This document shows positions 10,101 through 18,455 of a DNA stretch of 64,000 bases, in pieces. Positions within the stretch are counted from its first letter, which is position 1. Each line of letters starts with the position of its first letter. Position numbers and translations under genes: made by a program. The DNA comes from Candidatus Binataceae bacterium (GTDB lineage: Bacteria > Desulfobacterota > Binatia > Binatales > Binataceae), in NCBI GenBank assembly GCA_035541875.1, contig DATKML010000029.1, positions 5,722 to 69,721 on the forward strand. Direction: 5' to 3'. Below the pieces are notes generated by a model, which ran no database searches, was not told where the DNA came from, and saw nothing but the letters and a program-made list of their open reading frames with translations.

Positions 10101-10734
10101 TTGGCGACAGGCTATTGATAAAAAGTTTGTCGATAGCAAAATCGCTGGTCGAGCATCCGGTTCCGGTGCAAGCCGTCAGGCTAAAGGTGACTGACGTGAT
10201 ATTCGTGCCGGAGTTGTCGTTAAGACCAAGGTAAAACGAATCGCCATTGGCGTTACTTGCCTGCGTGAAGCTGCCCAGCGAGGTGCCGTTATTGAAAGCC
10301 TCGATTTTAGCGGTGAAGGCACCGGAGGCATCGGCCTTGATCATCGCACCTGCGCCCGCGACCGGACTGGCGAAGGTTATCTGTAAAGGACCGTTACCGC
10401 CGTTGTAATCATCTGAAGTCCAGATCAGCGTATCGCCCGCGGTAAAACCCGAGACCCAGCTACACGGAGTAGCTGAACAGACCACGGCGGTCAGGCTGTC
10501 TGGTCCTGCGAGTGTCACCGTGACACTCTTACCGCCGGTCGTTGTGGCCGGATTCGTGGTGGCCAGCAAGGTCGCATCGGCACCCAGTTGCGACCAATCG
10601 ACCGTGTCGGTTGCGTTCTGCGCAGCTGAACTCGTCACTTGGACCAACGAGTCCGTCCATGCCGGCGGATTTGCCAGCAGTACAACCGCTAACGCTCCCA
10701 GTATCCAGGGCCAGATACGCTTGAGGCTTTTCAT
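7129..10734 (-). CDS. Giant secreted multidomain protein (~1200 aa): signal peptide, conserved ~180-aa Cys-containing N-domain, T/A/P linker, two tandem LamG-like (concanavalin-type) jellyroll domains, T/A/P linker, two C-terminal choice-of-anchor-D-like Ig-type domains
   Basis: Signal peptide [21 protein letters not shown] (start moved to 10734). N-domain shares [12 protein letters not shown]...[10 protein letters not shown]...[20 protein letters not shown] with the 12495..13124 protein. LamG-like repeats carry [10 protein letters not shown]...LDGNNGYV...NDGNWHH and [10 protein letters not shown]...LDGSTGYV...NDGNWHY. The C-terminal pair aligns with the C-terminus of the 14668..18237 protein. 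There is no PEP-CTERM, LPXTG or T9SS tail. Confidence 0.8.
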   Translation of the reverse strand: MKSLKRIWPWILGALAVVLLANPPAWTDSLVQVTSSAAQNATDTVDWSQLGADATLLATTNPATTTGGKSVTVTLAGPDSLTAVVCSATPCSWVSGFTAGDTLIWTSDDYNGGNGPLQITFASPVAGAGAMIKADASGAFTAKIEAFNNGTSLGSFTQASNANGDSFYLGLNDNSGTNITSVTFSLTACTGTGCSTSDFAIDKLFINSLSPTPTATATVTATAVPTTTPTPTATATATRTATATATATRTATATATIMPTVTTTATSTATSTSTATATSTVTPTATGTATRTATATATITPTATASATATSTATGTPTPTTTATATATSTSTRTATPTITATATPTLVPTVTATATTTPTGTPTRTATATPTVTPTAAAPTATPNAYARLVMSDSPDVYWRLNESSGSTAQDSAPKVLLGVTGPTSPDTAITLDGNNGYVSTSIQLTNPGSAGYSLEVWFKTASGYGLGGKLIGFQQDQTGLGTAGYDRMIYMTNAGKIIFGNSGTTTAGITSPSSYNDGNWHHAVGAFDGTASHLYIDGTQVASLSDSAPVNYSGYWRLGYGQTNFWPNGPTSPYFAGSLGEAAVYGAALSSSRVAAHFSAAAGGSYDATVLADAPSYYWKLNEANSTVAFDSTGSNTGTYQRPLDLGSFNGGITYGAAGAAKTGDTAVLLDGSTGYVSSSMQYANPTPYSIEIWFKTANGYASGGKLIGFQQAQTGLGTSNYDRMLYMTNAGNIVFGNSGSSTFGLLSPSAYNDGNWHYAVGVWDGTHIYLYVDGAQIASHTDSIPSNYAGYWRVGYGTMAAWPNSPSSAAFSGSVSEAAVYSYALSSIQVANHFAVAPPTPTPTPTATLTPTPTATATATATATATRTATATATATPTATATVTATATPSGSATATDTPTATATSTSGATPTATATRTATATPTRTATATPTRTATATATKTATPTAGATMTPTATATATATPTPSPTPTVLANLKITPAKLNFGKVYASASSKVHKVTIVNASKANSTIGLIVPPAAALSSDFTISNNLCSGVTLAPKKKCSFGLAYTPTTPTGVLETRTLTVPHDGGITNMTLSGIPIPVTLAAPKVSSFPLTARGNRSAPKTLTITNNSPVSVTITGKAFSAGNFAIVSGTDLCSGSILDPKASPPVKKCTVQVEFAPQANASPGAVPPETLQYNYAYGHSLAGNAQTVLKGSDK
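7800..8240. repeat. Degenerate GC-rich short tandem repeats encoding a Thr/Ala/Pro linker ([19 protein letters not shown]...)
   Basis: Reiterated gtcgcggtagcggtcgcagt-type units; the antisense frame gives the spurious VAVAVAV ORF 7769..8266. Confidence 0.7.
8240..9530. repeat. Intragenic tandem duplication (~640 bp x2) encoding the two LamG-like domains
   Basis: DNA-level repeats, e.g. atgccagttgccgtcgttgta at 8461 and 9167, and gatcagtttgccgcc at 8611 and 9321; protein repeats are ~55-60% identical by eye. Confidence 0.6.
9530..10110. repeat. Degenerate GC-rich tandem repeats encoding the first Thr/Ala/Pro linker (~190 aa)
   Basis: Protein segment [42 protein letters not shown]...; the antisense frame gives the spurious ORF 9608..10234. 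Confidence 0.7.
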
Positions 10735-10763
10735 TGGCTTGGCTTCTCGAGGCTGCGTTGAGG

Positions 10764-11975
10764 CTACGAGCAAACGGCCTGAGTCGTTGTAAAGGTGCCG
10801 TTATTCGAATACTTGCCCCCGCTTCCGATGGACGGAGACTGGCGGAAGAACCATGAGTAAAAGGCAAGCTCCTGCAGATCGTAGGTGGTTCCGTTTGGCA
10901 TCAGCACCGATGTGAAGTTGGTGCCGCTGAGCGGATCTCCAACTTCAAGATTCGTTTGGCATCCCGACACTTGGCCGATATGCCCCCAGCTAGGCGTCGG
11001 ATTCGTGCCGAGCGGATCGTCCATCCACTCGCCCACTTCGTGTGACGCCGTCGTATTATCGGCGTGCGCACTAAGGTTGAAGAGTTCGGTACTGTCAAAA
11101 TCTAAAGGCGAGTAGGTTTGCAGGCTCGCGAGGGTTCCGTACGCCCCGTGATAACCAAGAATACAACAGTTGTTGGTTGGGCTGGACGAGACGAAAGGTG
11201 CCGCCTGAACCACGTTATGCATCAGGAAGATCGGGAAGGAGGTCGGGCCTACTCCACTGCTCGAGAGAGCGGTGATTTGTGCCTTGATGGCGCTGTCGAG
11301 CGTGGAGTAGTCGACGATACCCAGGCGCATCGATTGCGAAACGCCGTTGCATGCACCGCTGTAGAGTCCCGACGTTCCTAAGCCACTCGGGATCGTAATC
11401 GTGATTGGCGAAAGGGTCGTGACGTTGAGCAGTGTGTGATAGCGATCTCCGGTCGCAGAGACATTACCCGGCGAGCTGTAGAAACTGGCTCGTTGGAACG
11501 CGTCGACATATTGGGTCGTGCCCACGTTGACGCCGTTCATCGAGTAGGAAGCGTTGTTGAAGAGGGGCGACTGCTGAAACAGGGTCGTTGGGACTTTGCC
11601 GCCGAGGCAGGTATCGGCGATGGTTGGATCGAAGGTCTTGCCGTCGGGCGTCTTGATGATGGTCGGTATTAGATAGACCTGAATCGTCGTCGTGCGCATC
11701 CCGTTGTAGAATGGACTCCGACCAACCATCGAACCGGTGTAGGTGAGCCCGTTCACCGGCGAGGTGATTGAGTAATTCCACATCGGAATGGTGGTTGAGG
11801 ATACGACCGCTGACGCCACCTGAGCCTTCGTCATGCCGGTCAGCGGTTTGACGGTGTAGTAGCCCTGGAGCTGCTCTGTGCTCTGCGCATCAGCTGCGCG
11901 AACTCCTAAGCCAAGTCCGGAGCAAAATATTGCTATGAAACCTAAAATGGCTCGATGAGTAGATATCTTAGCCAT
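10764..11975 (-). CDS. Secreted ~400-aa protein of an uncharacterised family (paralog A) with an invariant [11 protein letters not shown] motif
   Basis: Signal peptide [25 protein letters not shown] with a GGGAGA RBS before the ATG at 11975. Throughout the length it is ~50% identical to the 13157..14413 protein (YxVKPLxGMT, [33 protein letters not shown][VI][18 protein letters not shown]). Its stop lies 30 nt before the start of the giant N-domain protein. Confidence 0.75.
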   Translation of the reverse strand: MAKISTHRAILGFIAIFCSGLGLGVRAADAQSTEQLQGYYTVKPLTGMTKAQVASAVVSSTTIPMWNYSITSPVNGLTYTGSMVGRSPFYNGMRTTTIQVYLIPTIIKTPDGKTFDPTIADTCLGGKVPTTLFQQSPLFNNASYSMNGVNVGTTQYVDAFQRASFYSSPGNVSATGDRYHTLLNVTTLSPITITIPSGLGTSGLYSGACNGVSQSMRLGIVDYSTLDSAIKAQITALSSSGVGPTSFPIFLMHNVVQAAPFVSSSPTNNCCILGYHGAYGTLASLQTYSPLDFDSTELFNLSAHADNTTASHEVGEWMDDPLGTNPTPSWGHIGQVSGCQTNLEVGDPLSGTNFTSVLMPNGTTYDLQELAFYSWFFRQSPSIGSGGKYSNNGTFTTTQAVCS

Positions 11976-12444
11976 AACCGTCCGATTATCTCCCGATACG
12001 TGGTGTCTAGTTCCCAAGCATCGAATTACAAACTCAATCATCGGCAAGCATGTCTACAAGTTTAAACGAGTAGTAATGCTAGCTCTGATTCAATACTGCA
12101 CCTAATCTTAGGCGTTAGTCGTGCAGAATAGAACCCGAAAAGAGATTAGATGTTTAGAGATAAAAATTTAGGTTTAGGCATTTTTACAAAGCTTTCTTAG
12201 GCTTTGTTGGTATTAGTCAGCCGCTGATCGGCTTGGGGCGATGAAGAGCCACAGAATCTTTCGAGCGGGCTTAATTAAAAATGTGGGAGGCGAGCGATGA
12301 TCGTCGCCGTCGTGACCGCCTCGCACTTCAGGTTAAGGGGGAATCGGAGCCGTCGCGGCCCCTAACCCGGCAAGGCGGCCGTATCACGCGGTAACCCGAT
12401 AGAGCCTCGCACGAGGAGGGACTCCTGGAGCGAGGCTTTCGATC

Positions 12445-12475
12445 GGGGCGTTTCTCGCGAGCCGTTAAACGCCCC
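12445..12475. terminator. Hairpin GGGGCGTTT-ctcgcgagccgtt-AAACGCCCC, part of a three-hairpin GC-rich element at 12331-12476
   Basis: Perfect 9-bp stem just 3' of the 12495..13124 gene on the minus strand; see finding. Confidence 0.4.
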
Positions 12476-12494
12476 TGAAATTGGGGAGCCTCTC

Positions 12495-13124
12495 TCAGTG
12501 GGAGGTCTGGTTGACCTGGACTTTGTCGACGGCGAAGTCGGCGCAGCTCGAGAATTTTGGGCAGCTGCTCAGGCTAAAGACCACGCCCGTGATATTGGCG
12601 GCGGTGCTATCGAGCACGCCGATATAGATAGGATCCCCTGCTGTATCGCTCTTTTCGGTAAAGCTCTTCAGCACCTTGCCGTTCTGACGGGCTTGTATCT
12701 GTGCGGTGAACTGGCCGGGAAGATCGGCTTTGATGAGCGCCCCAGCCCCAAAGACGGGGGTTGCGAAAGTGAGGGTTAGGGGTCCATTGCCACCGTTGGC
12801 GTTATCCGAGGTCCAAAGCAGCGTATCGCCTGCGGTGAAGCCGGTTCCCCAGCTGCAAGGTGTTGCGGTACAGACCACCGAGGTCAGGCTGTTACTGCCT
12901 TTGAGTGCGACACTGACGCCATTGTTCAGCGCTGTATTTGCGGAGAACGACGCATTCAACACGGTTGCGTCAGCACCGAGCTGCGACCAATCGATCGAGT
13001 CGTCCGACTTCTGATTCGTTTGGTCTGTGATGAGCGTGAGCGTATCGGCGCGAGCGCTCGAGTTGAGCAGCACCGCGAGAGTCAGTCCCAGAAGCCAGAG
13101 GAATATGCGTTTGCCGTTGTTCAT
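12495..13124 (-). CDS. Small secreted protein (209 aa) consisting only of the conserved Cys-containing N-domain found at the N-terminus of the giant 7129..10734 protein
   Basis: Signal peptide MNNGKRIFLWLLGLTLAVLLNSSARA, then [16 protein letters not shown]...[56 protein letters not shown]...ITGVVFSLSSCPKFSSCADFAVDK, collinear with residues ~40-220 of the giant protein. Confidence 0.75.
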   Translation of the reverse strand: MNNGKRIFLWLLGLTLAVLLNSSARADTLTLITDQTNQKSDDSIDWSQLGADATVLNASFSANTALNNGVSVALKGSNSLTSVVCTATPCSWGTGFTAGDTLLWTSDNANGGNGPLTLTFATPVFGAGALIKADLPGQFTAQIQARQNGKVLKSFTEKSDTAGDPIYIGVLDSTAANITGVVFSLSSCPKFSSCADFAVDKVQVNQTSH

Positions 13125-13156
13125 GGTTCGATGCTCGTTGTGCTCGATTCCGAGGC

Positions 13157-14413
13157 CTAGCAGATCGGGCCGGCGTCAGTGCCAAAAGAGCCGCTATCAG
13201 AGAAAAGCCCTCCGGCAGCCATCGAGGGGTTCTGGCGATAGAACCACGAGAAGAACGCCAACTCCTGCACATCGTAGGTGAAGCCATTCATCACGATTGA
13301 AGGAAAGTTCGAACCACTAAGCGGATCGCCGACTTCGAGATTACCCTGGCAGCTACCGATCGTTTGGCCGAACCCTCCCCAGAGCGGAGCTGCATTGTTT
13401 GCAGTGCTCTTAACGCTGGCGGAAGGAACCGGATCGTCCAGCCACTCACCAATCTCATGTGAAGTCGAGGTGAGATCGACGCCGGAGCTGGGATCCCACA
13501 AGCCGGTAGTATCGAGATCCGCCGCGGCATAGGTCTGGACCTTGGCGAGACTCCCGAGCGCGCCATGGTAGCCGAGGATGCAGCAGTTTTGCGTAGGATC
13601 ATTCCGAACAAAGGGGAAAGACATTACGACATTGTGTGTCATGAAGAGCACAAACGAGGTCGGTCCGACGCCACTCTTCGCCAGCTTGGGAATCTGGGTT
13701 TTGGTCACGGCCTTGTCGAAGGTCGCGAAGTCGATAATCGCGGTCTCTTCGTGGTTGCAGGTGTTCGAAAAGGTGCCGTGAACGCCCTTTGTAGAGGGTA
13801 CGGAGATCGTTATAGGGGAGGCCATCGTGACGTTAAACAGCGTGTGATACCGATCGCCGGTTTTGCCGACGTTGCTCAGCATTCCTCCCGATGAGTTGTA
13901 GAAGTTGGCGCGCTGGAATGCATCGATGTACTGAGTAATTCCGATGAACTGTCCATTAATCGTGTAGTTTGCATCGTTAAACAGCGGCGATGCTTGCATC
14001 ACATCGACCGGGGTCTTGGTACTGCTCAGGCAAGCCGAGTCGATCTGGGTTGGGTCGAAGGTTGTGCCATCGGATAATCGGATAATTGTGGGAACCACAA
14101 AGACCTGGATGGTCGTCGTGCGCATCCCACCAGCCAACGGACTGCGTCCTACCATCAGCCCCTGATAGGTCTTCCCATCGATCGGTGAGACGATCGAATA
14201 GTGCCACATCGGGATAGTGCCCTTGACGGCGGTGGCGGTTCGCACATCGTCGATCGTCATACCCTCGAGCGGCTTCACGGCGTAGAACTTTTGAGGGCGT
14301 TTGGCGTGGGTAAAAGTGAAGGCCATCGCCCCCGACGCCGTCACGAGAAACGTGACAACCGCGGCCGCGATAAGAATAAGCGCGACGCTCCCTTTGAATG
14401 CAGCCTTGTGCAT
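13157..14413 (-). CDS. Secreted ~418-aa protein, paralog B of the SHE[VI]GEWxDDP family
   Basis: Signal/TM segment MHKAAFKGSVALILIAAAVVTFLVTASGAMA; AGGAAA RBS 10 nt upstream; SHEIGEWLDDP motif; 33-nt spacer to the downstream N-domain gene. Confidence 0.75.
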   Translation of the reverse strand: MHKAAFKGSVALILIAAAVVTFLVTASGAMAFTFTHAKRPQKFYAVKPLEGMTIDDVRTATAVKGTIPMWHYSIVSPIDGKTYQGLMVGRSPLAGGMRTTTIQVFVVPTIIRLSDGTTFDPTQIDSACLSSTKTPVDVMQASPLFNDANYTINGQFIGITQYIDAFQRANFYNSSGGMLSNVGKTGDRYHTLFNVTMASPITISVPSTKGVHGTFSNTCNHEETAIIDFATFDKAVTKTQIPKLAKSGVGPTSFVLFMTHNVVMSFPFVRNDPTQNCCILGYHGALGSLAKVQTYAAADLDTTGLWDPSSGVDLTSTSHEIGEWLDDPVPSASVKSTANNAAPLWGGFGQTIGSCQGNLEVGDPLSGSNFPSIVMNGFTYDVQELAFFSWFYRQNPSMAAGGLFSDSGSFGTDAGPIC

Positions 14414-14604
14414 AGACTCGGTTTCCTTAGACCCTCACGCTCAAATTTCGACGCATCGTTCTCATCCGAGCGCTAATCCAACAATCCGTACTGATTCGCG
14501 TCTATTAGTTAAAAGAGAGCTTCTATTTTGCGATCATAGGTCATTAAACGTTGTAGGCATACTCGCTTTCCGAACTCTCTTTGCGCGCGATTTGCCAAAT
14601 GAGA

Positions 14605-14639
14605 GCGGCGTCCTCCCCGCCAGAGTGGGAGAACGCCGC
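14605..14639. terminator. Hairpin GCGGCGTCCTCCC-N9-GGGAGAACGCCGC 3' of the SBBP-repeat gene
   Basis: Near-perfect 13-bp arms located 29 nt after the stop at 14668. Confidence 0.45.
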
Positions 14640-14667
14640 TGTTAAAGTCCGAAGGGCTAGCCGTAGT

Positions 14668-17600
14668 TTATTTGGCCGTCCCCTTGAGAGTTACCGAGAC
14701 GCTTCCGTTGAGCACAGGACCTGAGCCATAGCTGAACGGATAGGTCAGGGTCTCAGGTGTCACCGGCCCGGACGGCCCATCTGGTTGGAAAGCCACCTGC
14801 ATCGTGCACTTTTTGCTCGCTGCCGGAGGTGGTCCTAACACGGCGTTGGTGCACTGATCGGCGCCGTGGACTAACACGAAGTTCGTCAGTGAGCCAGGAG
14901 CTCCTACAGTTATCGTCGCTCCCGACGTATTCGTGATCGTGACCGTCTTCGGCTTGCTCAAGGTGTTGATTGCGGTCGCCGGAAAGCTCAGGGTTTTGGG
15001 CGCGCTGACGGTCGGCGCGATACCAGTGCCACCCAGGCTGACCTGCAGTGGACCCGCTCCGTTGTAACTAATCGTGAGGTTGCCGCTCACAGACGGGCTG
15101 CTCACCGCGTTCGGCGCGAACGCTACCCCAATTTTGCACGATCGCTTGAGCGATAATGTGCTCGTACAGGTGTTCGACGCTATCACGAACTGCGAGATCG
15201 GCGCCGCCGAGTTCACGCCGGTTATATTCGCGTCGACCTTGCCACTGTTGATGATGGTCACCAGTTTTGGTTTCCCGGTCAGACTTGCGGTCACTTTGCC
15301 GAAGTCGATCTTGGTCGGCGACACTTTCAACACCGCAGGCGAAGGCACACCGGTCGGCGTCGCAGTTGGTGTGGCAGTTGCCGTCGCTTTTGACGTGCTG
15401 GTCGCCGTAGCCGTTGGAGTGGCTGTGCGCGTGGCCGCAACGGTCGGCGTTGCCGTGGCTGTCGGGGTCGCGGTTCGCGTCGGCGTCGCGCCCGAGGTCG
15501 CAGTGGCCGTCGCGGTTGCGGTCGGCAGGCCTGTCACGCCCGGTGTCGGGCATGGCGATGAATCGGTGCTCGTCGGATTGAGTACCGTCAGGAATGCATT
15601 GGACGACGCGTTGGCATCTGCGTTGTTGCTCTTCTGAAAGCCCGTCGTAGTCGTCGGAAAATCGGTCGAGAAGGTGAGCCCGGCGATGACCATATTGCCG
15701 TTCGGGTCCAGCTTTCCACCGGACGCAACATCGAGTTCACCCGAGCCACCAAGCAAACTGGAGTACAACAGTTGGTTTTTCGAAGTACTCAACTCCGCGG
15801 CAAAACCAGTAATAGGGATGTTGTACTGAAGCGTCCCGAGAACAGGAAGGTTAACGTCGAACGGAAAGCCGCTGGTGTTGTTCGTCTTGAAGCAAGCGTT
15901 GGCGGAGAGCGGAAAGGTTGATCCGGTTGAAGCAGCGCTGGCCGTGGCCCCAACGAAGTACACGTTACCACCGACAACTTGGAGGTCCGTCACTACGTCG
16001 CCAAAGCCGACTCCACCCGTGCACGGCGCCGGTGCCGTTATCTTATAACCGGTTCCGCCGAAGTAGGTGGAGTACAGGAACTGCCCAACGCCCGGGGCTA
16101 AACTCGGGTCGATTTCGGTGAGGAAGCCAGTCGTGGCGGGTGCTCCCGAGGTAACAGCGGCTTGGTTGGTCGATTGGAAAACGGGCATGACAGATCCAGG
16201 TACAGGGAAATTGCCTGTCGAAGCGGTGAATCCGGCCAGCCAGATTTTGTTGGAGCTATCGACCGCGACTGAGGTAGCGACATCGCCGACCGCGAAGAGA
16301 TTAACTTTGCTCCCCAGACAACTGACTAATCCCTGACTGCCGTTACCACCCTCGTAGGTCGCGTAAAGTAGTGAGGCGGCCCCGCTGGCACTCGGATTGA
16401 ACTCGGTGACGAAGGCGTTGCTGGTCTTGTTGACCTTACCGTTGTAGTTAGGCTGCGCCGCATTTTTTGTTGTCAGCCCGGTCAGGGAGTAAGTTGCGCC
16501 GGCGATATACCCATTACCATTGGCATCGACCGCTATCCCTATTCCCGACTCGGAGTTAGTGCCGTTACCATTACCGCCATAAAGTGTTGCGTAGTCCAGC
16601 GACTTGCCATCCTCGTGGACCACGAGAAAAGTTGCCTGACTCTTTCCACTTGTGGCCAAGTTGGTCGATTGGAATGCGCTCGCTGTTGTGGGAAAGCCTG
16701 TGGTGCTGTCGCTTTGTGTGCTGCCTGCAACATAAGCTTTACAAGCCGCTCCAACTCCACACCCGGAGGGGAATAGAGCCACGCGTGATTCGGTGGCGTT
16801 ATTTTTGCCGGGGACAAAGCACGAGTAGACCAAGCCACTGCCGTCGGGTTTGAGCTTGATAACGAACCCATTGTTCGTCGCCGCTGAGCTTTGGTTCATG
16901 CTGCTTCCCCACGCACCACACAGTGATGAAGGTGGACCCGGAAAATCCGATGGGGAGTAGGTTTGCCCGACAACGAAAGCGTTACCTCCGGCGTCGACCG
17001 CGATGCCGAAAGCAAGGTCGCCGTCGCCGCTGCCGACCGAACTCGTATCACCACTGCCGCCGAAGTAGGTCGAGTATACTAGGGATGCTGCCCCGGATTT
17101 CGAGTAATCGAATTTGCTAACGAAAGAATTCGGATTCGAAGAGGCTGCCGCGTTTTGGCTGGTTTGGAGAACGCCGGTGCTAGTTGGAAAATCCGTGGAA
17201 TAAGCGACGCCGGTCACCCACGCGTGGTTGGCGTTATCTATCGCGACGTCAGAGCCGACGTCAGCCACAGTTAGGGCAGCACCTCCGGTAACGCCCGCAA
17301 ATTGCTCAAGGTTTACGGTGCCGGTGATATCGCCGGTACCTCCGATATAGCTCGAATAGACCAGCTCTACGCCGGGATCGATTACGAGGGTGCGGGTGCG
17401 ATCATAGGCGGCTAGCTGAAGGCCGATCTCGGTGGTGGAGGCTTTTTTCCGCATCGCGAACTTGCCGTCGATCGGATCGCGGGTACCGTCGGCGCGGGTC
17501 TGGTAAATCACGGGATTGCGGATCATCAGGCTGCCGGCAACCGCTGCCACGTGGATATTGCCGTCGCTGTCGACGTTGGTGGTGCCATCGCCGTCGATTA

Positions 17601-18237
17601 TCAACTTGATTTTTGAGACGTCGGCTCCCGGCTTCGCGACAATGTCGTACTCGAGCTTGTCGGGTGTGCCGTAATAAACGACATCAACTCCCGGATAGAC
17701 CTCTTCCAGTTTAACTTTGCCGAAAGTGGGAATACTACGATGGTACTTGGTCGGATCGGCGCCGATCAGGTAGTTGACCCGCGCCTGGAGCGGTTCGAGG
17801 GGGGCGTACTTCGGATGAGCGTTGCCGCCTGCGAAACGCACCCGGATATTCGATTCAACGAGTCTGTCTTCGGGCTTCTGCTGTCCTGTAATCGAATAAA
17901 ATTGTGGTCCCTTGTGGATTGTGCCACCGACCATCGAGACCAGAGTTCCCTGATCACCAAGGAACACCGTGGAACGTGGTGTTCGCGAGAGGTAGTGGAC
18001 GCTCGGGTCGGATTGGCCGTCGTTGCGCTCGAAGTAGAGCGGCAGTGCGGCAAACTTCGCTATCGCCTCGGTCCGGCTCATCGTATTGTGATCGAGCGGA
18101 TTACCGACGGACGGCTGCGACGCTCCGGCCACACCGCGCGAATGGATAAAGGTTCCTAGGGCGATAGTGACGACTATGGCCGAAGCAAAAGTCAGCTTCC
18201 TGCGACGCAGGGTCGAGGTGACAGTAGAGAAAAGCAT
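14668..18237 (-). CDS. Giant secreted SBBP (beta-propeller) repeat protein with a T/A/P linker and two C-terminal choice-of-anchor-D-like domains
   Basis: 1189 aa; signal/TM N-terminus. Repeated YSTYFGGSGD..GIAVDAGGNAFVVG..S.DFP-type units (SBBP repeat, PF06739-like). The C-terminal ~225 aa align with the C-terminus of the 7129..10734 protein (KVSPTKIDFGKVT..., CTSTLSLKRSCKIGVAF, KKCTMQVAFQP). Confidence 0.8.
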   Translation of the reverse strand: MLFSTVTSTLRRRKLTFASAIVVTIALGTFIHSRGVAGASQPSVGNPLDHNTMSRTEAIAKFAALPLYFERNDGQSDPSVHYLSRTPRSTVFLGDQGTLVSMVGGTIHKGPQFYSITGQQKPEDRLVESNIRVRFAGGNAHPKYAPLEPLQARVNYLIGADPTKYHRSIPTFGKVKLEEVYPGVDVVYYGTPDKLEYDIVAKPGADVSKIKLIIDGDGTTNVDSDGNIHVAAVAGSLMIRNPVIYQTRADGTRDPIDGKFAMRKKASTTEIGLQLAAYDRTRTLVIDPGVELVYSSYIGGTGDITGTVNLEQFAGVTGGAALTVADVGSDVAIDNANHAWVTGVAYSTDFPTSTGVLQTSQNAAASSNPNSFVSKFDYSKSGAASLVYSTYFGGSGDTSSVGSGDGDLAFGIAVDAGGNAFVVGQTYSPSDFPGPPSSLCGAWGSSMNQSSAATNNGFVIKLKPDGSGLVYSCFVPGKNNATESRVALFPSGCGVGAACKAYVAGSTQSDSTTGFPTTASAFQSTNLATSGKSQATFLVVHEDGKSLDYATLYGGNGNGTNSESGIGIAVDANGNGYIAGATYSLTGLTTKNAAQPNYNGKVNKTSNAFVTEFNPSASGAASLLYATYEGGNGSQGLVSCLGSKVNLFAVGDVATSVAVDSSNKIWLAGFTASTGNFPVPGSVMPVFQSTNQAAVTSGAPATTGFLTEIDPSLAPGVGQFLYSTYFGGTGYKITAPAPCTGGVGFGDVVTDLQVVGGNVYFVGATASAASTGSTFPLSANACFKTNNTSGFPFDVNLPVLGTLQYNIPITGFAAELSTSKNQLLYSSLLGGSGELDVASGGKLDPNGNMVIAGLTFSTDFPTTTTGFQKSNNADANASSNAFLTVLNPTSTDSSPCPTPGVTGLPTATATATATSGATPTRTATPTATATPTVAATRTATPTATATSTSKATATATPTATPTGVPSPAVLKVSPTKIDFGKVTASLTGKPKLVTIINSGKVDANITGVNSAAPISQFVIASNTCTSTLSLKRSCKIGVAFAPNAVSSPSVSGNLTISYNGAGPLQVSLGGTGIAPTVSAPKTLSFPATAINTLSKPKTVTITNTSGATITVGAPGSLTNFVLVHGADQCTNAVLGPPPAASKKCTMQVAFQPDGPSGPVTPETLTYPFSYGSGPVLNGSVSVTLKGTAK
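15343..15570. repeat. GC-rich tandem repeats encoding a T/A/P linker in the SBBP protein
   Basis: Protein [64 protein letters not shown]; the antisense frame gives the spurious ORF 15074..15637. Confidence 0.65.
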
Positions 18238-18407
18238 CGATGCGCGTCCTCCCCAAGACGCCCAAAAAAAGCCTTGTCGCGATTAGCTAAGACAGGCGGG
18301 CGTGGCTGATAACTATCAGCACTTAGCACTAACGAGCACACCAAACAAGGAGAGCGAACCACAACGACAAGCAGTCAATACCTAGGCTTGGCTAATCGCA
18401 GTGAAAG

Positions 18408-18445
18408 CGCGCGAGACAGTGGCCCCTCGGTGGATGTCTCGCGCG
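18408..18445. terminator. Hairpin CGCGCGAGACA-N16-TGTCTCGCGCG downstream of ispG
   Basis: Perfect 11-bp inverted repeat 10 nt past the ispG stop; a T-rich stretch (TTTCAC) follows on the minus strand. Confidence 0.45.
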
Positions 18446-18455
18446 TGAGGATAAT

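Noticed and set aside
7800-10110. Possibility that the GC-rich tandem repeats are a CRISPR array
   Set aside because: The units are short (6-12 bp), degenerate, lack repeat-spacer periodicity, and are in-frame coding sequence for Thr/Ala/Pro linkers; no cas genes.
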